Origin: an uncultured bacterium
Lineage (GTDB): Bacteria; Zixibacteria; MSB-5A5; GN15; FEB-12
Direction of reading: 5' to 3'
DNA length: 64,000 nucleotides
NCBI GenBank assembly: GCA_965372795.1
Contig: CBDVDR010000018.1
Location: 1-64,000, forward strand
Made by a program: the position numbers and the translations under genes. The notes beneath the pieces are model-generated. The model did not search any database, had not been told where the DNA came from, and was given only the letters and a program-made list of their open reading frames with translations. Position 1 is the stretch's first letter. Each line of letters opens with the position of its first letter. Positions 40,141 to 50,786 of the stretch are shown piece after piece.

Positions 40141-41397
40141 ATGGAAATAAAATTAGATACTGCCCAACAGAAGGAATTTGAACGTCAATGGGAAATAATC
40201 ACTCGGGGCGCTGTAGATGTACTCCCCGAAACTGAATTTCAGGAAAAATTAAAGAAATCAATCAAAGAAAATATTCCCCTTAGAATTAAACAGGGCTTTG
40301 ATCCTACTTCACCGGATATCCATCTCGGACACTCGGTTGGCATTCGTAAACTTAAGCAGTTTCAGGAGTTAGGCCATCAAATCGTGTTGATTGTGGGGGA
40401 TTATACGGCTATGGTCGGGGATCCATCCGGGCAGTCATCAACTCGTCCCAGGCTGACTTATTATGATATTATGAAGAATGCCGAAACTTACCAAACCCAA
40501 TTTTTCAAAATCCTCGATAAATCAAAGACTGAAATTCGTTTTAATGGAGAATGGTTCAAAGATATGAGTTTTGGTGAAATAATGGAATTGGCAACAAAAT
40601 TTACAGTTGCCCGTATTCTTGAAAGAGATGATTTCACTAAAAGAATGAAAGCCGGAATTCCGGTTTCTATTCACGAACTGTTTTATCCTTTAATGCAGGG
40701 TTATGATTCGGTAGCGATGAAAGCTGATGTAGAAATTGGAGCGACAGAGCAAAAGTTTAACTTATTAGCCGGAAGAACTATTCAGGATGCATACTCTGTC
40801 GAGGCTCAATCAGTACTCACAATGCCGATCCTGGTGGGGCTTGATGGTGAGAAAAAGATGTCAAAATCACTTGGAAACTATATTGGAATTGATGAACAAC
40901 CTCGCGAAATTTTCGGCAAGGTGATGTCTATCCCTGATTCACTCATTTACCAATATTTTGAACTTGCAACTGATGTAACTGTAGAAGAATTGGCTGACTT
41001 AAAAAAAGAATTGGAAAATCCGGAAATTAATCCGATGCATATCAAAAAAAGGCTCGGAATAAGATTGGTTGATATGTATAACGAAATGGGGAGTGGAGAA
41101 GCAGCAAAAGAAGAATTTGAACGGATTTTTTCACAAAAAAAACTTCCCGATGAGATCCCGGAACTTACTAAGGAGCAAATGAAAGAGATTGATTTAGACC
41201 CAAATAATATTTATTTAGTGCATCTTATCGCTAAAACAAAATTATCTAAGTCTAATTCAGAAGCAAGGAAACTAATTCAGGCCGGAGCTGTTACAATAGA
41301 TGGTGAGAAAATAATTGACGTTGACTTTACATTTTCAGCTGATAAAGAGATGATATTAAAAGTTGGTAAAAGAAGATATCTGAAACTAATGGCATAA
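40141..41397 (+). CDS. tyrS: Tyrosine--tRNA ligase
   Basis: GFDPTSPDIHLGH, YPLMQGYDS, KMSKSLGN and a C-terminal S4 domain. Confidence 0.97.
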   Translation: MEIKLDTAQQKEFERQWEIITRGAVDVLPETEFQEKLKKSIKENIPLRIKQGFDPTSPDIHLGHSVGIRKLKQFQELGHQIVLIVGDYTAMVGDPSGQSSTRPRLTYYDIMKNAETYQTQFFKILDKSKTEIRFNGEWFKDMSFGEIMELATKFTVARILERDDFTKRMKAGIPVSIHELFYPLMQGYDSVAMKADVEIGATEQKFNLLAGRTIQDAYSVEAQSVLTMPILVGLDGEKKMSKSLGNYIGIDEQPREIFGKVMSIPDSLIYQYFELATDVTVEELADLKKELENPEINPMHIKKRLGIRLVDMYNEMGSGEAAKEEFERIFSQKKLPDEIPELTKEQMKEIDLDPNNIYLVHLIAKTKLSKSNSEARKLIQAGAVTIDGEKIIDVDFTFSADKEMILKVGKRRYLKLMA

Positions 41398-41433
41398 GGA
41401 TATGATACCAGCCACAGTTAAAGAGTAATTTAA

Positions 41434-43062
41434 ATGAAAAACTTATTACAAATATTGATTCTAATTTCTTTGTTTTTGATCACCGGTTGTTCAAGAACCG
41501 CCGTTAATCATACTGTTCTTAAAATCAATCCTGGAAACAAACCATTAAAGACAGCGGTGATTGAGAAAAAGGAACCTTTTGAAAAAATTGATGCTCGAGC
41601 TTTTAATTATTATGTTAATGGCAATATCTATGAGGAACTTGGTGATTTTGCTTCAGCCAGTATTAGTTATAAGAATGCTTTGCAAGTTTATCCAACCTCT
41701 CATGAAATTAGATATTCTTTAGCAAATATATATTATAAAATTCAAAATTTTGCTGATGTATTAGAAACGCTGGAAGTAATAAGCCCCGAAGATGAGCTTG
41801 TTTATGAGATGAGAGCGAACTGCCATCGAGCTCTTGGACAGGATAATCAAGCCAAAACCGCATATTTAAAAGTTGTCGAGTATAACCCAAAAAATGCAAT
41901 GGCATACTCATATCTCGCAAGCTATTATCGACGGGAAATGAAGCTCGATTCTATTATCTGGGCATATAATAACCTAACCCGTATCAGACCCGGTAATCAC
42001 AGAATCTGGTCGGAATTAGGTAAATTACAGATACAGATAAATTCTCTTGCGGAGGCAAAGGTATCATTTAAGGAATCGATACGTTTAAGTAAAGATCGTT
42101 CCAATTTGATGGCTGTGATACAGCTTGGTGAAATTTATGAAATTGAAGGGATTATTGATTCCGCATTACATTATTATAAAACAGGACTTACAATTCAGGG
42201 TGATGATCTGTTACTAAATCGGATGATCTCCAATTTATATGTTCATCTCGATTCTGCATTTTTGGCGATTCCGCACGCAAAAGTTGTTGTCGAATCTGTT
42301 CCAACCGACAAAGGTGCAATAAGACGATTAGCTTCAATATATTATGCCGCCGATTCGCTTCATTTATCAGATTCAGTTTTTTCATCACTGGTAAGTATAG
42401 GAGACCGGCACCCGGCTAACTTTTATTATTTAGGTCGAATATCAATTCGACAGGAAGACTATCAAAGTGCAAAAACGCATTTTATTAATTTGACACAAGT
42501 CGCAGATAGTTCTGCCGACAGCTGGCTTGATCTGGGTATAACTTGCCGCAAACTTGAGCAGACAGATGAAGAGATTGATACTTATATAAATGGCATTAAT
42601 CATATGAAGGATGAGAAGAGTGCTGTAAAACTTCTGTTTGCATTAGGGGCAGCATATGAGAATGCTGGGAAATATGAAAAATCAATAGAGGTCTTCAAAG
42701 AAATAATTGCAAAGGTCCCCAATCATGACCAAGCCATGAATTATTTGGGGTATATGTTTGCAGATAAGGGTGAAAATCTTAAATATGCACAAGAATTAAT
42801 AGAAAACGCATTATCAATATCTCCAGAAAATGTTGCGTATTTGGATAGTTATGGCTGGTTATTCTTCCGATTAGGAGATTTTGATCAAGCTCTATATTAT
42901 TTAAAGAAAGCAGTTGCACTTGACAACGATCCTGTAATTTTCGATCATTTAGGTGATGCCTACAAGGCTAAGGGCAATCATAATTCTGCCAATGAGTCTT
43001 GGGAACGGGCATTGGACTTATCACCGGATGATGAGAAAATTAAGGAGAAATTGAAACGTTGA
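41434..43062 (+). CDS. TPR-repeat lipoprotein
   Basis: LITGC lipobox; many TPRs; AMNYLGYMFAD..YLDSYGW..DHLGDAY C-terminus. Confidence 0.88.
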   Translation: MKNLLQILILISLFLITGCSRTAVNHTVLKINPGNKPLKTAVIEKKEPFEKIDARAFNYYVNGNIYEELGDFASASISYKNALQVYPTSHEIRYSLANIYYKIQNFADVLETLEVISPEDELVYEMRANCHRALGQDNQAKTAYLKVVEYNPKNAMAYSYLASYYRREMKLDSIIWAYNNLTRIRPGNHRIWSELGKLQIQINSLAEAKVSFKESIRLSKDRSNLMAVIQLGEIYEIEGIIDSALHYYKTGLTIQGDDLLLNRMISNLYVHLDSAFLAIPHAKVVVESVPTDKGAIRRLASIYYAADSLHLSDSVFSSLVSIGDRHPANFYYLGRISIRQEDYQSAKTHFINLTQVADSSADSWLDLGITCRKLEQTDEEIDTYINGINHMKDEKSAVKLLFALGAAYENAGKYEKSIEVFKEIIAKVPNHDQAMNYLGYMFADKGENLKYAQELIENALSISPENVAYLDSYGWLFFRLGDFDQALYYLKKAVALDNDPVIFDHLGDAYKAKGNHNSANESWERALDLSPDDEKIKEKLKR

Positions 43063-44750
43063 TCTCTTACAATAAAACTTTCCTTTTTAAAATTCCTATA
43101 GTTTTTAGTTTAATAATCTTCCTTGTTGGGTGTGCCAAAGTTGTCGCTCCGCCCGGAGGAAAACCCGACAAAACCGGTCCCTACATAATTGGTACAACTC
43201 CTCAAAATGGAAGCACCGAAGTTGCTAAAACTGATAAAATAAAATTTTATTTTTCAGAACATGTAGTTAAACCTGAAGGTGACCAATTAGTATTTATTTC
43301 ACCTCGTCCCGAAGTAGATCCGAAAATTAAGTGGAAATCCGATTTTGTAGAAATTATCATGTCAGATAGTTTTCAAATTGATCAAACCTATATTGTTACT
43401 TTAACCTCTGATATAAAAGATCTACGAAGTAACAAAATAGACAGTTCAATATCAATCGCCTTTACAACCGGATTGGTTTTAGATTCCGGTTCGATTTCGG
43501 GGTTATTGTTTAACAATGAGAAACTTCAACCGGGTTATCTGGTCGGATTGTATGATGCTGTTGAATATTCAACAGTTTTGTCATTAGATTCGATCTATCC
43601 TGAATATGTGAGTCAAACTAATAGTAATGGATTTTTTGAATTTAATTATCTTCCAAAAAGAAGTTACAAACTGGTATCATTTGAAGATAAAAATAAGAAC
43701 AGTTTATTTAATCTTTATAAAGAGAATTTTGCAGTTACAGACAGAAAAATAAATTTTGAATCTTTGAATAGATACGATTCTCTGTATTTATCTGTGACTT
43801 CTCAGGACACATTGAAACCGAAAATATTATCTTCTATTTGGAGCAAAGACAACCTTCTCAAAGTAAGGTTAACCGATCCTGTATCATTGGATTATTTAAA
43901 AGTTAATCCAGGCAATATAATCTTAAGATCATTAGTCGATAGCTTACAATTATTCTCAGCCAATTCAATGCTTGAGATCAACCTGCAGGAAAGCTCAGCA
44001 TTGACTTTTAATTTTGATTCAATCCCGGATGGAGAATATTCGGTTGAACTAACTTATGATACTTTGGAAGAAAAATTATTTTATGAGTCTGTGAACTTGA
44101 TTGCAGAGATAGATATTCAACCGATAGAAATTATCGAATTTCAACCGGGGGCGCTGCCGATATTGATTCATGAGCTTGATATTTCCGCTTTGTTCTCAGA
44201 GCCGATTGATACTTTGAAATTATCTGAACAAACTTTTACACTTTGGCAAGACAGTTTAACTCAATTGAGACTTGAACGAAGCATTGAAACACCTTTTAAA
44301 ATCAAATTTTCAACTCCGGGTTTAACAAAAGGCAATAACCTAAAACTTAAGATGCTTGAGTTTGAAATTGCTGATAAAGCAGGTAATGTTCTTGGTGATT
44401 CAATCATAGAGTATAGTTTTTCAATTACCGATCCTGATTCATTAGGTTCGGTTAGTGGAAATGTTTATTCTGAGTTTGCTATGTCAGATTATGACATATT
44501 TCATTTGAAGCTTATGAATTTTAAAACCAAGCAGGAATTTGATTTTGCTGTTGACGGGAACAGCTTTGCTATAAATTTACCAGAAGGAAAATATAGGCTT
44601 ACCGGATTTATTGATTTGAATTCAAATGATTTTCGAGATCTCGGGCAGGCTTTTCCATATCAATTTGCCGAGCCAATCGCATTTTATTCAGATACCATTA
44701 ATGTTCGGGCGCGATTTGAAACAGCAGAGATAGAAATGATATTCAAATAA
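43059..44750 (+). CDS. Ig-like (Big_5-type) domain lipoprotein
   Basis: LVGCAKVVAPPGGKPDKTGP N-terminus; FSE/FTTG Ig-like patterns; overlap with the TPR gene stop. Confidence 0.8.
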   Translation: MISYNKTFLFKIPIVFSLIIFLVGCAKVVAPPGGKPDKTGPYIIGTTPQNGSTEVAKTDKIKFYFSEHVVKPEGDQLVFISPRPEVDPKIKWKSDFVEIIMSDSFQIDQTYIVTLTSDIKDLRSNKIDSSISIAFTTGLVLDSGSISGLLFNNEKLQPGYLVGLYDAVEYSTVLSLDSIYPEYVSQTNSNGFFEFNYLPKRSYKLVSFEDKNKNSLFNLYKENFAVTDRKINFESLNRYDSLYLSVTSQDTLKPKILSSIWSKDNLLKVRLTDPVSLDYLKVNPGNIILRSLVDSLQLFSANSMLEINLQESSALTFNFDSIPDGEYSVELTYDTLEEKLFYESVNLIAEIDIQPIEIIEFQPGALPILIHELDISALFSEPIDTLKLSEQTFTLWQDSLTQLRLERSIETPFKIKFSTPGLTKGNNLKLKMLEFEIADKAGNVLGDSIIEYSFSITDPDSLGSVSGNVYSEFAMSDYDIFHLKLMNFKTKQEFDFAVDGNSFAINLPEGKYRLTGFIDLNSNDFRDLGQAFPYQFAEPIAFYSDTINVRARFETAEIEMIFK

Positions 44751-44759
44751 AATCTCATT

Positions 44760-44785
44760 AAAAAAGGCGGGAAAACCCGCCTTTT
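44760..44785. terminator. Bidirectional intrinsic terminator
   Basis: AAAAAAGGCGGG-aaaa-CCCGCCTTTT between convergent genes. Confidence 0.88.
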
Positions 44786-44814
44786 AATTATTGAAATATA
44801 AAAATAATCTACTT

Positions 44815-45426
44815 TTACAATTTACCCCAAACGGCAAGATTAACGCGACGGTTCATAGAAGCGGAATCTTTTTCATCGGGCATCGCAACCGGTTTGGTTT
44901 CACCATAAGCAATTACAAACAATCTATAAAGAGATAAGCCAAATTGATCGGTTAAAAATCTTTTAGCAGAATTAGCTCTTTGTGCGGTGAGCATAATATT
45001 ATATTTGGCACTACCGGTCCGGTCAGAATGTCCGGCTATTTCGATAATTGAACCGGGGCTTGACTGCATTTTTTCACCAGCCTGCAGAAGAATCTGTTCA
45101 GCGGCGGCATTAATATCCTGGCGGTCGAAATCAAAATTGATAACACCCTGCCAGATAATCTGGTAATTTTCAAAGCCTTTGGCTTCGTTGATTGCCATAT
45201 CAGTCTTTTTTGAAAGTTCATCAGAAAGAGATTTTAAACGTGATATTTCATGGGCATTACCATCAGTTTTATCTCTTAAGGTGCCGAGTTCGCTGCCTGT
45301 ACGAGCTTCAGAATCGGCAATTTGCTGGGCAACATAATCTTTATTGACCCCGCAACCGGTAACTAGCAGCATCAAAGCCATCAGTGCCACTAAAATTACA
45401 CTTTTCATTTTCAGTCCTTTCGTCAA
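44815..45426 (-). CDS. OmpA-family (peptidoglycan-binding) lipoprotein
   Basis: LVTGC lipobox (start probably ATG 45408); FDFD, GHSDRTG..YN..L..QRA and NRRV motifs. Confidence 0.88.
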   Translation of the reverse strand: MTKGLKMKSVILVALMALMLLVTGCGVNKDYVAQQIADSEARTGSELGTLRDKTDGNAHEISRLKSLSDELSKKTDMAINEAKGFENYQIIWQGVINFDFDRQDINAAAEQILLQAGEKMQSSPGSIIEIAGHSDRTGSAKYNIMLTAQRANSAKRFLTDQFGLSLYRLFVIAYGETKPVAMPDEKDSASMNRRVNLAVWGKL

Positions 45427-45517
45427 TTATTAAACTAATAAATCATATCTATTTACATACTCTCAAGTGGTCAATTAAAAGAACGATACACCGGAAATGC
45501 AACTAAAAAAAGAAAAT

Positions 45518-46339
45518 TTACTGTTTTAATGCCCCGCCGGTAATTCCGGACACAATCTGCCTTTGCATGAACAAAAACAGCACTAAAACAGGAATAACAG
45601 CGATTGTGGAGCCTGCCATCAAGTGTTGCCAGTCGATTGCCTGATGTCCCTGAAATAGAGCCAGAGCAACCGGCAGCGTTCTAACAGAGTCCGATTGGGT
45701 GAGGATATAAGGGAACAGGAAAGAATTCCAATTGGTAAAGAAGACCTGAATTGCAAGAACCGCCAAAGCCGGTTTGCAGATTGGCATCACTATTTTAAAT
45801 AAGATTTTAAAATCTCCGGCGCCGTCAATACGGGCAGCTTCTTCCATCGAAGGGGGAATTGATTCGATATATTGTTTGACCAGAAAGATTCCAATCGGAT
45901 TTACAATCCAGGGTAATATTAAAGCCCAATAGCTGTCATAAATCCCAAGCTTCAAGCATAAAACATATAACGGGATGATGACAATGTGAGCCGGGATCAT
46001 AAGAATCAAAATTACTGTTACAAAAAGAATTTTATTTATAATAAAGTTAAATCGGGCAAGGGAATAAGCAACTGTGAAACAAAAAAGTATATTCCCGACA
46101 GTTACAATTGTGCCTACAAATATTGAATTAAAAAGATAAACTCCCATATTATTGATCTGGAATAAATCTATGAAATTTGTAAATGTGAAACTTGAACTTA
46201 ACAGGTTCCCAAATGAAATACTTTCTCCAGCCCCAAGAAATGATACACGAAACATCCACAGCAAAGGGAAAATCATAACAAGAGTGATGATAGACAAAAT
46301 AGAATATCGCATTATATGATTTGAGGATTTTCTTACCAT
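45518..46339 (-). CDS. Carbohydrate ABC transporter permease (MalG-like)
   Basis: IPPSMEEAARIDGA EAA loop; 6 TM segments. Confidence 0.93.
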   Translation of the reverse strand: MVRKSSNHIMRYSILSIITLVMIFPLLWMFRVSFLGAGESISFGNLLSSSFTFTNFIDLFQINNMGVYLFNSIFVGTIVTVGNILFCFTVAYSLARFNFIINKILFVTVILILMIPAHIVIIPLYVLCLKLGIYDSYWALILPWIVNPIGIFLVKQYIESIPPSMEEAARIDGAGDFKILFKIVMPICKPALAVLAIQVFFTNWNSFLFPYILTQSDSVRTLPVALALFQGHQAIDWQHLMAGSTIAVIPVLVLFLFMQRQIVSGITGGALKQ

Positions 46340-47202
46340 AAGGGTTGTCGTCTCCTCATGATTACAAATTGAAACAAGGAGAACAAGCCGATGATCACAA
46401 ACAGTACGTAAGCCGCTGCCGAAGCATAACCAAAACTGAAATTAGTTGTTAAACCTTTTTCATAAATAAAATAGACAGCGGTCGAACTGTCGAATTTACC
46501 TCGGGTCATAATGAAAATTTCCAGGAAAACCTGAAATGATTTAATTGAATTAATAACTAATATGAAAAGTGCAACCGGCTGTAACAGGGGGAGCGTGATT
46601 GAAAAGAATTGTCTTGTTTTTCCGGCTCCGCTAATTTCGGCGGCTTCGTATAGTTCTTCGGGTATCGATTTGAGTCCGGCAAGGAATATTAACATATAAT
46701 ATCCGACCGACATCCAAACATCCATCCCCATAATAGAGTACAATGCGGTACTTTCACTTAGCAGGAATCCATATTCGGGGGGAGTGAAACCGATCATTTC
46801 AGCTAAGAGCGCGATATAACCGCCTCGTTGCAGCAGGTTGGTGAAAATCAATGCAATAACAACCATAGAAGTGATTGAGGGGAGAAAAAATGCCGAGCGA
46901 AAAATATCTCGGCCTTTGAATTTTCCATTTATCAACAATGCCAGGAATAATGAAATAATTGTTGTAAAGGGGATAGTTCCGCCTACAAAAATGAAAGTAT
47001 TTTTTAGCGATGAGATAAATTCAGGATCATTAAATAAACTGATATAATTTGCAAAGCCGACCCAGTTAATTTCTTTGACAAGAAGCCGGTAGTCGGTGAA
47101 CCCGATTATAAATGAATATAAAAGGGGGAAGAACCAGAACAGGCTGAAAGTGACTACCCATGGCAATCCGAAAATTATAGCTGTTTTTTTTGAAAGCTTC
47201 AT
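46333..47202 (-). CDS. Carbohydrate ABC transporter permease (MalF/UgpA-like)
   Basis: LAGLKSIPEELYEAAEISGA and GYASAAA motifs. Confidence 0.93.
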   Translation of the reverse strand: MKLSKKTAIIFGLPWVVTFSLFWFFPLLYSFIIGFTDYRLLVKEINWVGFANYISLFNDPEFISSLKNTFIFVGGTIPFTTIISLFLALLINGKFKGRDIFRSAFFLPSITSMVVIALIFTNLLQRGGYIALLAEMIGFTPPEYGFLLSESTALYSIMGMDVWMSVGYYMLIFLAGLKSIPEELYEAAEISGAGKTRQFFSITLPLLQPVALFILVINSIKSFQVFLEIFIMTRGKFDSSTAVYFIYEKGLTTNFSFGYASAAAYVLFVIIGLFSLFQFVIMRRRQPLW

Positions 47203-48416
47203 TAAAAGCCTTTAAGTTTTTCAATCTCCATCTGTGCTTTCCGAAGCGGTTCTGCAATTAATCCGGATTTAAAGAGCGCATCCTCAACAGCTTTTTCAAT
47301 AATGTCTTCAATCTGTACCCAGTCAGGATCAACGGGAGGATGAGCAACAGAATATATTTGCTTATTAAACAGAGTCAGATGTGCTGTTGATTTAAAATAT
47401 TTATCAGCTTGAGCCAGTTTCGAGGAAGGTGTTGCTGAACGATTAGCTTTACAGAATTTCACCTGATTTTCTGGCGAAGTTAAAAAGTTGATAAATTTTA
47501 CAGCGGCATCTTTATTTTTTGAGCTTTCACTTATAGCCAAATATTCACCGCCAAGAAATGATTTGCCGGGGAAATTAGGACCGGGAATTAAAGCGGTTTC
47601 GAAATTCAGAGTACGTTTTTCAAGTTCAATTCTTTTCAAAAGCCAGTCGCCCGACATGATAAACCCTACTTTGCCATCTAAAAAGGCATCTTCGATTCCT
47701 CTTTGCTTGGCAACAAAGCCGCAGGTATCATGTAGCCACTTATAAGTAGTCAGAGCCTCAATCCCTTTAGTTGAAGGTAGAACGCACATCTTGCCGTCAT
47801 CTGAGAATATTTGAGCATTAGCCGACCAGAAGAAGGGCATAAATTTTTTATACAGGCGATGTTTTTCAGGGCTGTTTGACCCCCAGCCGTAAATATCATT
47901 GCCTAAGCTATGAATTTTTTGGGAAGCTTCTTTAAGATCGGACCATTTGAAAGGAACAAAGCTGTTTTCGTATTCGGCTTTTGTTAACAAATCGCGATTT
48001 AAAAAGAGAACTCTGGTCCCCAGAAACCACGGTTTGGCATAAATTTTATTTTTATAATTAGCTAAATCCCAGCCTAAAATGTCTGAACTATCCTTTTTGA
48101 AGTATTCTGATAAATCCGTAATTTGATCTGTTGATGCAAACTGGGCAATCCAGTCAGAGCCAAGCTCAACAATGTCTGGTGCGGTTCCGGATGAAAAGGC
48201 AATGACGATCTTTTCATGACCATTTGACCAGGTTAGGTCAGTTAGATTTACTTCAATATCAGGGTTTTGTTTTTCAAACTCTGATACAATTTCATTTATA
48301 ACCGGTTTAATATTCGGGTCAGTCCAGAATTGCCACCATTCTAAAGTGGTTTTAGCACTTAAACTGGATACTAATATCATAGAGAATATAAATATAACAA
48401 ATAAAGTTTTTCGCAT
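47202..48416 (-). CDS. Carbohydrate ABC transporter solute-binding protein
   Basis: Signal peptide; FEKQNPDIEV, APDI, F..GKVGF...GDW and FLGGEYLAI motifs. Confidence 0.9.
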   Translation of the reverse strand: MRKTLFVIFIFSMILVSSLSAKTTLEWWQFWTDPNIKPVINEIVSEFEKQNPDIEVNLTDLTWSNGHEKIVIAFSSGTAPDIVELGSDWIAQFASTDQITDLSEYFKKDSSDILGWDLANYKNKIYAKPWFLGTRVLFLNRDLLTKAEYENSFVPFKWSDLKEASQKIHSLGNDIYGWGSNSPEKHRLYKKFMPFFWSANAQIFSDDGKMCVLPSTKGIEALTTYKWLHDTCGFVAKQRGIEDAFLDGKVGFIMSGDWLLKRIELEKRTLNFETALIPGPNFPGKSFLGGEYLAISESSKNKDAAVKFINFLTSPENQVKFCKANRSATPSSKLAQADKYFKSTAHLTLFNKQIYSVAHPPVDPDWVQIEDIIEKAVEDALFKSGLIAEPLRKAQMEIEKLKGF

Positions 48417-48544
48417 TTTCGGACCTTTCAGAAATTACTTTTGAGAATTATAAAAATATCAGGAATCTAAATCAATAAAAAATAGAATTATAATTATCAT
48501 ATATTTTAGTTGAACAAGCGAGTTTGTTTTTCATATTAATAGGT

Positions 48545-49366
48545 ATGAATTTTTTCCCGATCATTAATGTGGCCGCCAATAACGAATGGATTAATACTGA
48601 CAAACTCCCATTGTTAATTATTTCATTAGTCTCGATCATTATAATATTATACACTACCTATCACCGAAAAAGCCGTGATAGCTATAAAATGCGGGAAATT
48701 TCAGGAATGAAAGCTGTCGAAGATGCCATCGGCCGAGCTACTGAGATGGCTCGTCCGGTTCTGTTTACTCCCGGATGGGGAGGAGACATACAAAGACCCA
48801 CAACGATAGCTTCGATGAATTTTCTTTCTAATGTGGCAAAAAAAACAGCTCAATACGATTGTAAGCTGATTTATCCGACTCATGATCCGGTAATTATGAC
48901 CGTGGCTCAGGAAGTTATCAAGGAAAGTTACATGGCTGCGGGATTCCCTGATAGATATCAGGAGGATAATATCAACTATGTTTCTTCTTCACAATTTGGG
49001 TATGCTGCGGCTGTCGATGGCTTATTAACCAGAGAAAAGCCGGCTTCGGTTTTCCTGCTCGGGACCTTTGAAGCGGAATCTTTGATCTTAGCTGAAACAG
49101 GAAATTCTATTAATGCGATTCAAATTGCAGGAACTGATTCAACAATTCAGCTATCGTTTTTCATAGTCGCCTGTGATTATACTTTGATAGGGGAAGAGTT
49201 GTTTGCGGCTTCGGGTTATCTCACTCAGGATAGATCAATTATGGCTTCAGTAAGAGCTCAGGACATTTTAAAAGTAATCATCGCTATATTTATAACAATT
49301 GCAATAATCTGGGATACGATAGCTCTGTTCAATAATGGTTTATCTAACAGCTGGTGGAAATTTTAA
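48545..49366 (+). CDS. DUF6754-like membrane-anchored protein (gene 1 of 4)
   Basis: AIGRATEMARP, QFGYA, AESLILAETG, QIAGT and CDYTLIGEELFAA motifs; N- and C-terminal TMs; start placed at ATG 48545; family name recalled, not searched. Confidence 0.75.
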   Translation: MNFFPIINVAANNEWINTDKLPLLIISLVSIIIILYTTYHRKSRDSYKMREISGMKAVEDAIGRATEMARPVLFTPGWGGDIQRPTTIASMNFLSNVAKKTAQYDCKLIYPTHDPVIMTVAQEVIKESYMAAGFPDRYQEDNINYVSSSQFGYAAAVDGLLTREKPASVFLLGTFEAESLILAETGNSINAIQIAGTDSTIQLSFFIVACDYTLIGEELFAASGYLTQDRSIMASVRAQDILKVIIAIFITIAIIWDTIALFNNGLSNSWWKF

Positions 49367-49986
49367 TGACTCGTAAAGTTGCCTTGATCATCTGTTTTGT
49401 GTCCGGTCTGATTATGTTTTTGCAATATTTCTCTGATCACCAAACCGCTCGGGATGTAAATCAAGCGATCTTAGAATACTGGCAGATTATTTTTGCTTTT
49501 ACTTTGATTGTTGGAATCGTTGGGTTTTTCAAATTGTCTTTTACAGCGATGAAAAAACCGGAAAACCGTCCCTATCGATTAGTTTCATTGTTGGGATTGA
49601 CAACCATGCCGGTTCTTGCTATAGGATGGGGTATTAAAGCTGATACGCCATTTATGTGGATGTTTGAAAATGTTCAGGCTCCGATGCAGGCGACAGTTTT
49701 TTCTCTATTAGCATTTTTTGTAGCCTCGGCATCTTTTAGAGGGTTCAGAGCAAGGTCACTTCCAGCGGTAGTATTACTGGTCTCTGCGTCAATAATTTTG
49801 TTAAGTCGCTCGGCTTTAGGAGAAATGATTTGGAGTAACCTGCCTGATTTTGCTGATTGGATAAGAAGATATCCCTCGATGTCGGCCCGTCGCGCAATAT
49901 TAATCGGTATCGGTTTAGGTTCATTGACAACCTCACTTCGCGTGATTCTTGGAATTGAACGCACCTGGCTCGGAGGTGATAAATGA
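49366..49986 (+). CDS. Conserved polytopic membrane protein (gene 2 of 4)
   Basis: About 6 TMs; FSLLAFFVASASFRGFRAR and RAILIGIGLG..SLRVILGIER motifs; TAATG overlap with gene 1. Confidence 0.8.
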   Translation: MTRKVALIICFVSGLIMFLQYFSDHQTARDVNQAILEYWQIIFAFTLIVGIVGFFKLSFTAMKKPENRPYRLVSLLGLTTMPVLAIGWGIKADTPFMWMFENVQAPMQATVFSLLAFFVASASFRGFRARSLPAVVLLVSASIILLSRSALGEMIWSNLPDFADWIRRYPSMSARRAILIGIGLGSLTTSLRVILGIERTWLGGDK

Positions 49987-50786
49987 AAATTCACTCCCGT
50001 CACTGGACCTTTATAGGTCTTTTTGTGGTCATTGCTATAGTCATGCTGATTGATAAGAAGCTTACTATGCCAATTTCAGATCAGACTCAAAAGTTATATG
50101 ACTACATTGACAGCCTTCCGCCCGATTCAAAATTACTGGTGTCGTTCGATCATGAAGCTTCGTCGTTGCCGGAAATCCAACCGATAGCTCTGGCCATTTG
50201 TCGTCATGCTTTTTCAAAAGGACATAAAGTTATTGGGATGGCATTGTATGCTGAAGGAACGGTAATCGGATATCGTCTGTTGCAAAAAACTGCCGGTGAA
50301 TATGACAAAGAGTATGGAACAGATTATGTCTATCTCGGATTCAAACCTCAATATATTGCTGCAATTCTATCAATGGGGGAATCGTTTGAACAGACTTTCC
50401 CAGTAGATTATTCAGGAAACAGTTATCAAGATTTAGAATTACTGAATGATGTCGCCAATTATGATGATGTTGACGGAGTGATTTCAATTGCCGATGGATC
50501 GCTTACAACTCATTGGATGGAATATGTCGGCGCCCGTTATGAGGTTCGTATCCTTGCCGGAGTAACGGCGGCGATGGTTACAACTTATGATCCTTATGTT
50601 TCTTCCGGTCAAATGTATACTATGATTGGAGGCTTGAGGGGAGCGGCTGAATATGAACAATTAATAAAAATAGAGGGTGGGGCGTCGCGAGGAATGCTGG
50701 CACAGACCTCGGCTCATCTATATGTACTCTTTTTAATTTTAGTGGGCAATATTATTTATTTACGTTCAAAGAGGAAAGCTAACTGA
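49983..50786 (+). CDS. Conserved membrane-anchored protein (gene 3 of 4)
   Basis: TM, alpha/beta domain (YGTDYVYLG, GGLRGAAEYE), TM; ATGA overlap. Confidence 0.8.
   Translation: MKIHSRHWTFIGLFVVIAIVMLIDKKLTMPISDQTQKLYDYIDSLPPDSKLLVSFDHEASSLPEIQPIALAICRHAFSKGHKVIGMALYAEGTVIGYRLLQKTAGEYDKEYGTDYVYLGFKPQYIAAILSMGESFEQTFPVDYSGNSYQDLELLNDVANYDDVDGVISIADGSLTTHWMEYVGARYEVRILAGVTAAMVTTYDPYVSSGQMYTMIGGLRGAAEYEQLIKIEGGASRGMLAQTSAHLYVLFLILVGNIIYLRSKRKAN

Noticed and set aside
45518..48416. Sugar ABC operon lacking an ATPase as a novelty
   Set aside because: Shared MsmX/MsiK-type ATPases encoded elsewhere are common for CUT1 transporters.
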